This document shows positions 39,567-47,413 of a stretch of DNA of 64,000 nt, one piece after another. The stretch lies in NCBI GenBank assembly GCA_011192005.1, contig DUFB01000065.1:16843-80842 (forward strand), read 5' to 3'. Origin of the DNA: Dehalococcoidia bacterium (GTDB taxonomy: Bacteria > Chloroflexota > Dehalococcoidia > Dehalococcoidales > RBG-16-60-22). How positions within the stretch are numbered: the stretch's first letter is position 1; each line of letters begins with the position of its first letter. The notes beneath the pieces are model-generated. The model had not been told where the DNA came from and searched no databases. It was given only the letters and a program-made list of their open reading frames with translations. Position numbers and translations under genes: made by a program.

Positions 39567-39669
39567 GATTTGCTCGCTGATAAAGTCTTGTAGAACCTAG
39601 AATTAGATAGCTTTTAAAAACATTAAACCTGAAGTGTAAAAAGTATATTTATTAGAAAGAGAGAGAGAA

Positions 39670-40593
39670 ATGGCACAAACAAAATACGGGCACTTAAAAA
39701 AAGATATTCCCAAATTTAAAGATTATGGACCCGGCGCTTACCGGCAGGGAACTGAAATGAACGGTAAGTTTTTCGGATACGATCTCAATGTGAGATATGG
39801 CACTTTCTACAATTCCGGAAGACAGCTACCTTACCAGACCCAGGTATGCGACTATGATCAAATTATGATCTTCATGGGAGCAGACACTTATGACCTGGGC
39901 TACTTGGGAGCTCAGATTGATTTCTGTATCGGTGAAGATAAAGAAAAGCACCGCATCACCACGTCCCAGGCTGTTTCCATCCCAAAGGGACTACCATATG
40001 GTCCGATAACCATCGGCCCGATGGAGGACCGGTTTATTCTTATGCAGGTCGCCATAGCACCTACCGTGAAAGTCAAGCCGACGCTTAAAGATAAACCTGA
40101 AGGCCCCTATGCTGCCTGGAGGTTCGCCAAATACTCCGAGAATTTTGAGGAACTCGCATTCATACGTAACGGTCCCTGGCATTACGGCCCCCTCAATCCG
40201 GATACTAATGACGGCTATATAACCAACATAAACGCCAAGGGTTTCGAATATAACATGTCCTACGAAAGTATGAATAAAGCCCCCTATAGATTCACGCCAG
40301 CCCCCGACCAACCCCACGTACATCCCTATACCGAATTCCTGATTTTCATCGGCTGCGATTGTGATAACCTGAACGAGTTCCCCGCTGAGGTGGAAGCATG
40401 CTGGGGTGACGAGATGGAAGCACACCTTATCACCAAACCGACTGTTGCTATCCAGCCAAAAGGAACCCCACACTGTCCAGTAAGGGTTTTAAAGCAGGAT
40501 AAACCCTGGATATTTATCGTCCTGCGTCCCTGGGGCCACGGTGGCGATGTATACTCTGGAGGGGAAGCTACAGCGCGCGAGGGTCGACGTTAA
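39670..40593 (+). CDS. Bicupin paralog C (degenerate N-terminal module, intact C-terminal module)
   Basis: N-terminus MAQTKYGHLKK. C-module PHVHPYTEFLIFIGCD...EVEACWGDEMEAHLITKPTVAIQPKGTPHCP. The N-module has CDYDQIMIFMG and PKGLPYGP in place of the His/Glu ligand positions. Confidence 0.65.
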   Translation: MAQTKYGHLKKDIPKFKDYGPGAYRQGTEMNGKFFGYDLNVRYGTFYNSGRQLPYQTQVCDYDQIMIFMGADTYDLGYLGAQIDFCIGEDKEKHRITTSQAVSIPKGLPYGPITIGPMEDRFILMQVAIAPTVKVKPTLKDKPEGPYAAWRFAKYSENFEELAFIRNGPWHYGPLNPDTNDGYITNINAKGFEYNMSYESMNKAPYRFTPAPDQPHVHPYTEFLIFIGCDCDNLNEFPAEVEACWGDEMEAHLITKPTVAIQPKGTPHCPVRVLKQDKPWIFIVLRPWGHGGDVYSGGEATAREGRR

Positions 40594-40670
40594 TATCTTG
40601 AAATAATAGAACTGTAAAAATTACGGGGAAAAACTGGCTGTAATCAAGGGGAATTCCCCAAGAGATATCA

Positions 40671-40859
40671 GTGGCATATAAAATCAGCGATAAATGCATT
40701 CAATGTCATGCTTGTATATGGAATCGTATCTGCCCTGAAGAAGCGATTATCGAATGCAATAATATCTTCAGTATTGACCCGGAAAAATGCACCGGTTGTG
40801 GAACCTGTTATGATCAGGAAGAATATTTCTGCCCGGTCCGGGCGATTATCGAAGTATAA
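40671..40859 (+). CDS. Mini 2x[4Fe-4S] ferredoxin, paralog of 30025-30234, both Cys motifs extended
   Basis: 62 aa, GTG start. CIQCHACIWNRICP (x5 spacing) and CTGCGTCYDQEEYFCP (x7 spacing). Shares MAYKI(T/S)D and IDP(D/E)KCT with the other ferredoxin. Confidence 0.8.
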   Translation: MAYKISDKCIQCHACIWNRICPEEAIIECNNIFSIDPEKCTGCGTCYDQEEYFCPVRAIIEV

Positions 40860-41034
40860 CAAGTGACATGCAGGGAGACATCGACCTGTATAGAATCATC
40901 GCTGAATTCACTCATAGAAGATGCATGAACAAAGTATCGTGGAATCTCTACTAGCTCTGGAACTCGAAAAAAGGTAACCTACAAATAACTCGCATAAGGT
41001 ACTGCGGAACAAATCGTAAAAAAGAAGGAGAATT

Positions 41035-42165
41035 ATGCCGGAAAGTGATATTTACAGTGAATTAGCCACGAAATTGGGAGCGCCTCTATCCAGACGTTTT
41101 CTTAGCATCCTCGAGGAAATGCTTAATCCCAAGGAAGCGGAAATCTGCCTGGAGTTATATATCCCGGGAACCTGTAAGGAATTGGCAGAAGTTTTAGATG
41201 AAGATGAAAAAACCATTTTGAAAAGCTGTGAGAGCCTAGTAGATAGAGGGATACTTACCCGGGGCAAGACCCAGTTCGCTTTTCACACGACCCTCCTGGG
41301 ATTCCATCATGATGTTGCGGATACAGGTGTACATACGGGGCCGCACGCCATGTCTCAAAAAGTCAAAGACCTCTGGGGAGACTTCTTTTACAATGAGTGG
41401 TCAGACATCTGGGTAAAAATGGCCAGCGACAGGAAGAAAGCCGGGGGGCAGGGCATCATGATAACACCTGCCATCGGTGCTCTGGAACTCAGTCCAAACA
41501 TCACACCAGACCAGATTCTGCCCCAGGAGAACTGGAAAATGCAAATCCAACTCGCCAAAAAGAGAATCGTGGCTCCCTGCGGATGCAGGGTGCTCTGGGG
41601 TAAATGCGAACACCCGCTCATGACCTGTTTCGCCTGTTTTGATAATGCCAGGGGCGAATATTATCTCAACCAGCCGGGTCGCCTGTTGAAAGAGGTCTCT
41701 CTGGAAGAAGCCCTGGAGATTGTACGCGCCAACGAGGAAGCCGGGCTTGTTCACTGGGGAGTATGTTACTGCTGTCCTGATGCGTGTGAAATGCTTTACT
41801 CTTACACCAAAGCCGACAGGCTTGACCTGGTAGAACCGAACCGGTTCCAGGCTGTGGTAGACGAGGACCGTTGTATTGGCTGCCAGGACTGTATCGAAAA
41901 GTGTCCGTTCAATGCCATAGAGATGAAAAAATCTCCCAACTCCAAGAGATACAAGGCATCTATCATCGCCGAGAACTGCAAGGGATGCGGCGTCTGCATA
42001 GTGGGATGTGAGCAGAGGGCGTTAAGGTATGAAATAGTGAGGCCGCCGGAGTATATGAAGTCTCGCAAGTTCAAATTTCCAACCCCGGAACCGACTAAGT
42101 CCGGCCGGCGTATTCCGGTTAATCTGGTTGTCGGTCCTTACGGCGGTTATTACGAGCTCGATTAA
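41035..42165 (+). CDS. Cys-rich Fe-S protein: wHTH-like N-terminus, central Cys cluster, C-terminal 2x[4Fe-4S] ferredoxin domain
   Basis: 376 aa. CKELAEVLDEDEKTILKSCESLVDRGIL (wHTH-like), PCGCRVLWGKCEHPLMTCFACFD, WGVCYCCPDAC, CIGCQDCIEKCP, CKGCGVCIVGCE. Confidence 0.6.
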   Translation: MPESDIYSELATKLGAPLSRRFLSILEEMLNPKEAEICLELYIPGTCKELAEVLDEDEKTILKSCESLVDRGILTRGKTQFAFHTTLLGFHHDVADTGVHTGPHAMSQKVKDLWGDFFYNEWSDIWVKMASDRKKAGGQGIMITPAIGALELSPNITPDQILPQENWKMQIQLAKKRIVAPCGCRVLWGKCEHPLMTCFACFDNARGEYYLNQPGRLLKEVSLEEALEIVRANEEAGLVHWGVCYCCPDACEMLYSYTKADRLDLVEPNRFQAVVDEDRCIGCQDCIEKCPFNAIEMKKSPNSKRYKASIIAENCKGCGVCIVGCEQRALRYEIVRPPEYMKSRKFKFPTPEPTKSGRRIPVNLVVGPYGGYYELD

Positions 42166-42214
42166 GGGAACCTTCGTCAGATAGCCCTTACCACTTAAAT
42201 AACCGGGGGCATAC

Positions 42215-42340
42215 ATGGAAAACGAAGACATATGCCTTGAAGCGACGGAGAAACTCGGTTATCCGGGCTCAGCTAATTGTTCGGAGCTGTCGGAGAGAAA
42301 TTTTATCAAACCGGGGCCCTTGATTTTGAATGCGGGTTAG
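42215..42340 (+). pseudogene. 41-codon remnant resembling the N-terminus of the 41035 Fe-S protein
   Basis: MENEDICLEATEKLGYPGS compared with MPESDIYSELATKLGAPLS of the upstream gene. It is truncated by a TAG at 42338. Confidence 0.35.
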
Positions 42341-42344
42341 ACCT

Positions 42345-42398
42345 GCGGTGCGGAGACAGGCACTACCCTTCCAAGCGAGGGTCTCACCGCGCCTTTTT
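42345..42398 (+). terminator. Intrinsic terminator closing the plus-strand cupin/ferredoxin operon
   Basis: GCGGTGCGGAGAC (42345-42357) pairs imperfectly with GGTCTCACCGCGC (42380-42392), followed by CTTTTTG. Confidence 0.5.
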
Positions 42399-42445
42399 GC
42401 CTATCCTTATAGCTGTAGCCTGACAGTTCCCCGGAACAAATGGAA

Positions 42446-43537
42446 TCAGTCTACGTAGGTAGTGCCATGCTCGCCGGAGAGACCGATCAGGAAGAACGCG
42501 TAAGGCCTATCGACGTATCTGGCAATTACCGGGTTATGCGGCAATCCCCGGGGACATATGACGGCGGTGGGTCTATCAAAGACGTATCTTTCATGTTCTT
42601 CGCCCATATCTATTGAGATTTCCGCCCCCAGGTAGTCGATATCACTCGGGTCGGTCCCGACGAAAACCAGCACTTCATCGGTAGGATGGACATGCGCTCC
42701 GTCCGAATCTCCCGGTCCGCGATGCCAGACACCGGGCGACTTGTAGAAACCCCAGGTAAAATTAAGCTCCAGCCCTTCCAGGTCTTTGCCGTACATCCAT
42801 ACCAGGTTGTCCGCATTTCCCGGCCCGACCTTCATGCCGCCTGAAGTTACTTTTTCAAACTGCGCCCTTTCCTCGGGTGTCAGTTTTTCCAGGGACGTCT
42901 TGAACGGCACCAGGGGTTTGACCAGATGGTCGTACTTATGGCCGTAGGTAAGGGTCTCCGGAGAAACCTTTATCCTTTTATCCGAGAAGCTGGACACCAT
43001 CAGCGGTCCTCTGGCTCCTTCGGGCGGAGGCTGCTGCCGCTGCGCCATCTGCTGGTCGGTGATGCCAGCCCCCATCCAGGTCGTCGTGGGCTCGGCCCCC
43101 AGAGAAAATATCATGAAGCTGTAGCCTATTGGACTCGTCACATCTTCAGTTATCGACGGGCAATGAGGCATGCCGGCCGGAACGATGACGACCGAAGGTT
43201 TGTCAAAGGTATGTACCTCCAGTTCTTCACCGAGGCAGTAAGAAATTTTCGCGCCCAGATACTCTACATTATCGGGGTCCAGGCCGACCCATAGGAGGGC
43301 TTCCGGATAGGGATGTATATGGGGGTCCATACCGGGGTGCCAGTCTCCCAGGCCCGTGTAGAATCCCCAAGAAAAATTGAGCGGCAGCCCTTCCAGGTGT
43401 TCTTTGCCGTTCAACCAGTATATGCTATCGGCGTTTCCCGTGTTTCTAAAACCGGCGCCGTCCCTCATCATCTGGGGTATCGTGGCTATGTTCAGGGGTT
43501 TTAACAGATGCTCGTATTTTCCCTTTGCCATTTTCAT
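42446..43537 (-). CDS. Bicupin paralog D
   Basis: 363 aa. Each half starts KY(E/D)HL(L/V)KPL and contains GNAD..(V/Y)W..GK..LEGL.LNF(S/T)WGFY, H(I/V)HP..E.L..VG.DP...(E/D)YLGA.IS...GEE.E...FD.P..VI.P.G.PH.P. Confidence 0.7.
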   Translation of the reverse strand: MKMAKGKYEHLLKPLNIATIPQMMRDGAGFRNTGNADSIYWLNGKEHLEGLPLNFSWGFYTGLGDWHPGMDPHIHPYPEALLWVGLDPDNVEYLGAKISYCLGEELEVHTFDKPSVVIVPAGMPHCPSITEDVTSPIGYSFMIFSLGAEPTTTWMGAGITDQQMAQRQQPPPEGARGPLMVSSFSDKRIKVSPETLTYGHKYDHLVKPLVPFKTSLEKLTPEERAQFEKVTSGGMKVGPGNADNLVWMYGKDLEGLELNFTWGFYKSPGVWHRGPGDSDGAHVHPTDEVLVFVGTDPSDIDYLGAEISIDMGEEHERYVFDRPTAVICPRGLPHNPVIARYVDRPYAFFLIGLSGEHGTTYVD

Positions 43538-43587
43538 TTATCCTCCTTGGATATTTCATGATGACTTTATTACATATTTTTAATTAG

Positions 43588-44691
43588 CTAGTCTACAGCA
43601 GTAGCCTTGTATTCGCCGGAGAGAATAATCCCGTAGGACGCGTAGGGTTTATCAACCCACCTGGTTACCAGTGGAGCATGCGGCACTCCTTTGGGGCATA
43701 TCACGACGGTGGGTTTTTCAAAGACATACCTTTCGTGCTCTTCACCTATATCTATCTCTATCTTGGCCCCCAGGTAATTGATATCAGTAGGGTCGAGACC
43801 GGCGAAGACCAGGACTTCATCAACGGGATGGACATGCGCGCCCATGCCGCGGTGCCAGATACCGGGTTTGCTGTAGAATCCCCAGCTAAAATTTACATCC
43901 AGTCCGGCCAGGTCCCGACCGAACAGCCATGTCAGATGGTCGGCATTGCCCGGTCCCGGCTTCATTCCTTTTTTTGCCATTTCGTCATACTGTTTTTTTT
44001 GCTCCGGCTTTAAGTTATCCAGGAGCATCTGGCCCCGCTGTGTTACCATTCCCGTGTTAAGCGGTTTAATCAGGTGGGCATATTTGCCAGTAGGTTTCCT
44101 CGGGTTCTTTTTTATTCTCTTCTCAGAGACATAAGAGGTCATCGGTATCTGCCTTCCGCTCTTAGCCGCTGCTTCCTGCATCGCCTTCATCACCTCCTCC
44201 GAGATCCCCTCGCCCATCCAGGTCGTCGCGGGTTCGGCACCCAGGGACGCCAGGTAAAAACCGAAGCTCTTGGGACTCCACACCCGCTTGGTTGTCAACG
44301 GACAATGGGGCATGCCGGCGGGGACGGAGACAACGGTGGGAACATCGAACGTGTAGGCTTCCTGTTCTTCACCCAGGCATATCTCGATTTCCGCCCCCAG
44401 GTAATTCAGGTTGGCCGAATCGAGGCCGACAAAGACGAGGCATTCCGGGTAGGGATGCGTGTGAGGGTCCTGACCGTTATGCCAATCGCCAATGCCGCTA
44501 TAGAATCCCCAGGTGAAATTAAGATTCAGCCCCTCCAGGTGGTCTCTACCGTTCAGCCAGACGAGGGTGTCAGCGTTACCCGGTCCGTTGGCAAAGGCGC
44601 CCTTCGGCATTTTCAGGTCTTTCATTACTCCCATGTCCATGCCACCGACACTCAAGGGTTTAACCAGGTGTTCGTATTTTCTTTTTGCCAT
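43588..44691 (-). CDS. Bicupin paralog E (tandem to D)
   Basis: Start at the ATG at 44691 with GAGGAG RBS (MAKRKYEHLVKPL). Same two-module architecture as D (HTHPYPECLVFVG...PAGMPHCP and HVHPVDEVLVFAG...PKGVPHAP). Confidence 0.7.
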   Translation of the reverse strand: MAKRKYEHLVKPLSVGGMDMGVMKDLKMPKGAFANGPGNADTLVWLNGRDHLEGLNLNFTWGFYSGIGDWHNGQDPHTHPYPECLVFVGLDSANLNYLGAEIEICLGEEQEAYTFDVPTVVSVPAGMPHCPLTTKRVWSPKSFGFYLASLGAEPATTWMGEGISEEVMKAMQEAAAKSGRQIPMTSYVSEKRIKKNPRKPTGKYAHLIKPLNTGMVTQRGQMLLDNLKPEQKKQYDEMAKKGMKPGPGNADHLTWLFGRDLAGLDVNFSWGFYSKPGIWHRGMGAHVHPVDEVLVFAGLDPTDINYLGAKIEIDIGEEHERYVFEKPTVVICPKGVPHAPLVTRWVDKPYASYGIILSGEYKATAVD

Positions 44692-45006
44692 TTCAACTAC
44701 TCTCCTCAATTATGGATTATGGTATACCTGCCCCGATAATGCAGCAGACTATCGATACTAGAGTTTTTAACCCGATGACTACCGTGCCAGACGTGATTAT
44801 AAATATTTTCCCACTACCCAGTCAAATATCTGGCTTCTTTCAATACAGCGAAAATCGCGTTCTGCGAATTTTTCATATGCGAGTGATATGATATTTGGTA
44901 AATCATACATTCTAGTTCGTGGTACTGATCATATCCCTTGAAATATTACTAATTGGCTAGAAAATATGAGGTTAGTACTAATAATGAAGGGGACAGGGAT
45001 CTCCTA

Positions 45007-45229
45007 GGCGAGTCTGTCAAAGAGCTGATCAAAGAAAAAAGCATTCCGGAATTGCTGTGGGTATCTTGCACATGGAGCAGGCGCTCACAGGTGATTACTG
45101 AGTAACCAATATGGAGCATTCTTGCCTGTTACCGATGAAACGCTATTTCACACCGGCTCGATCACCAGGACATTCAAGGGAATGGCTATCATGACGGATA
45201 TACAGTCGGAACGCGACTGCAACAATTAA
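45007..45229 (+). pseudogene. Degraded N-terminal fragment of a serine beta-lactamase/esterase-family gene
   Basis: Three frames together read ...KELIKEKSIP / GIAVGILHMEQALTGDY* / PVTDETLFHTGSITRTFKGMAI. That is at least two frameshifts, one stop, and an S-x-x-K box reading SITR. It is cut off after about 75 codons and overlaps the 3' end of the opposite-strand SCP2 gene. Confidence 0.55.
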
Positions 45230-45599
45230 CCAGTTCGATAGCTGCCTTTGGGTTCCTGACAATTTTCATCATATTACCTGATACCTTCAACTGACCTGTC
45301 ATCATTCCCTGTATTGGATTTAGTTTCTTTTCAAGCACCTTACGCCATTTACCTAAAGGTGCCCGTATTCGGAACTCGGGATTCCTGTCGGCTTCGTCAG
45401 TCACGACAGAGGCAGAGCGACAATCACCATGCCATAAATCCATATACGCAATGACTCTTTCTTCAAGGCCCTCATCAGGCTCTATAATGAAATAGAAATC
45501 CCCTTCCCAGTTTTTAGCGGCATCCCGGTATTGCTGATTACCCTTGAGCTCTTCCACAAGTGCATCAAGCCATTCCTCTGATGGAAATAAAAACGACAT
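45189..45599 (-). CDS. SCP2 sterol-carrier-like domain protein
   Basis: 136 aa. C-terminal KLNPIQGMMTGQLKVSGNMMKI is typical of the SCP2 fold. Confidence 0.6.
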   Translation of the reverse strand: MSFLFPSEEWLDALVEELKGNQQYRDAAKNWEGDFYFIIEPDEGLEERVIAYMDLWHGDCRSASVVTDEADRNPEFRIRAPLGKWRKVLEKKLNPIQGMMTGQLKVSGNMMKIVRNPKAAIELVNCCSRVPTVYPS

Positions 45600-45682
45600 C
45601 TCTATCCTTCCTGACCATCGTAATACGGGTAGGTAAATTAAATAATATGCAATTCCATTTATTGGCAGATTTATTACAAGAC

Positions 45683-45979
45683 CTAGGCGCTAAGGCTGTC
45701 AATCATCTCTTCTACGTCATCTACCGTAGCAACCGGATGTACTTTAAAACTGACGAAGGGAACCCAATTCTGATTGAAAGCACCGATTTCTGCTTCCGTT
45801 CCCTCAGCTACCGAATAGCCTGACATCTCTCCAACAAATGCGCCCCACTCTTTTATTCGCCCTTCCTGGATACCCTGTTTAACCATATCAATCATAGGTT
45901 TCCAGGCGGCAGCTCTTTCTTCACGGCTAATCGGAACTTTGTTTGTATCTATTTCCCATGTCATGAAATATTTTCCCAT
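45683..45979 (-). CDS. Small hypothetical protein (98 aa)
   Basis: ORF with GGAGG RBS (RC of 45986-45990). I recognise no family. Confidence 0.4.
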   Translation of the reverse strand: MGKYFMTWEIDTNKVPISREERAAAWKPMIDMVKQGIQEGRIKEWGAFVGEMSGYSVAEGTEAEIGAFNQNWVPFVSFKVHPVATVDDVEEMIDSLSA

Positions 45980-46088
45980 TTTTATTACCTCCGTTCTCTG
46001 AATAACAGGTAACAGTGAAGATGATTTCTAAATAACAGGATAATTAACTTTGCTATACTTTGCGATAAATATCACCTCCTTAAAATTA

Positions 46089-46129
46089 AGGGCACCAGTA
46101 ACCGCTTGGTTAGCGAGTACCGGTGCCTT
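46089..46129. terminator. Long imperfect hairpin in a 550-nt non-coding stretch (possible bidirectional terminator)
   Basis: GGCACCAGTA (46091-46100) pairs with TACCGGTGCC (46118-46127), one mismatch. Inner CGCT/AGCG stem. AT-rich runs on both sides. Confidence 0.3.
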
Positions 46130-46533
46130 ATTATTATCCCCAAACATCGTTACTACCAGATTTATCCACTTGAATATTCAGGTGTTATTCCAGGCTATCA
46201 AGCCTTCGACATAGCCTTATGCCTCAGCGTCCTTTCCGAAGTAGTTCGGACACTTCGTGAGGTATAGACCTCCCGTCGCCGTAAATGGTGTTTACAGTCT
46301 ATGACTAACCGGTATTATTGTCAAGCTATAACAAAATATAAAAAGGTCCGGTAAATATTACACATGAGGTTCCGGAAAGCTCAGGTGGGTTTTACTGCCA
46401 TAGCAGCAGGTTATGAGTAGTACCTATGGATGTTTTTTCCGGTGAGGAGAGGGGAAGTCTGCTTAAACCAAGGATAAATACTGCCGATGATGTTTTTCTA
46501 CTACTTATTCAATCCGAAGTTATCACAAACAAA

Positions 46534-47340
46534 TCATGACTGATAATAATCCAGAATCGCCTTTCTCACATCTTCGTGAGAGGACGTTCCCCTATCGTTC
46601 AGTTCACGTAGAAATGCTTCGCGCCGCGCGATTTCATCAAATATACGGTCTTTCTTTATGGCGAATTTATCAGAAAGTGTGCTGTATAAAGTCTTTTCCG
46701 AAGGGTAAATAAATTCCTTTTCGGTCAATTCTCTGGCCGCCAGAGTCTGTGCAACCAGGTTATTCTCTCCCATGTTTAAAATACTCACCGTGTCTACCCG
46801 GCGAATAGGTTCATCATAATACGATTTCCCGTTCATAGCCTGAAGAGTAACGACGACGTCAATTCTGGCGATCAGCGGCAGAGGTACTTTAAGGATACCG
46901 TGCAGGATGTACGCTACTTCCCTGACATTACGGGCGTGAATGGTGCTTCCCAGAGCATAACCCCTTGGCAGCAACTCCAACGCCCTGGTAACCTGATATC
47001 CCCATAGATATTCATAATTGTGATTGCTTATTTCTTCAGAAACGAGATAGGTTTTATCCGGCGTGCAACGATCTGCAAATTTGAAATCCTCTACATAACC
47101 GCGTAAGTTAATCTGCTGTATACCTGGAGGTAGAAAGTCCAGCAATGAATACAATATGGTGGTCTTTCCCGCCCATATTGGACCAGCCGCCACCATTACC
47201 GAAGCACGGTGTTCCATAAGAATCCAGAGTAGCCCGGCCAGTTTAAAATCGATAGTGCCGGAATTCACCACGTCAAATATAGTAAGGCCCTCATCGACTC
47301 TGCTGTACGGCCAGTCCGGCCACCATCTGTATCTTACCAT
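46534..47340 (-). CDS. Stand-alone VirB11/PilT/GspE-like secretion-ATPase core with variant P-loop
   Basis: 268 aa. AAGPIWAGKTT (Walker A-like), TYLVSEEIS (Walker B-like), GSTIHARNVREVAYIL (His-box-like). No N-terminal domain. Confidence 0.5.
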   Translation of the reverse strand: MVRYRWWPDWPYSRVDEGLTIFDVVNSGTIDFKLAGLLWILMEHRASVMVAAGPIWAGKTTILYSLLDFLPPGIQQINLRGYVEDFKFADRCTPDKTYLVSEEISNHNYEYLWGYQVTRALELLPRGYALGSTIHARNVREVAYILHGILKVPLPLIARIDVVVTLQAMNGKSYYDEPIRRVDTVSILNMGENNLVAQTLAARELTEKEFIYPSEKTLYSTLSDKFAIKKDRIFDEIARREAFLRELNDRGTSSHEDVRKAILDYYQS

Positions 47341-47413
47341 TGTCTTCTCTCTATTATATCTACATCCGCGTGTCGGGAGCTAATTATAAAGCAAATGGAT
47401 AAACGAAAGTATA

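Noticed and set aside
44074-44739. 221-aa plus-strand ORF opposite bicupin E
   Set aside because: It is antisense to a paralog-supported coding frame. There is no independent support.
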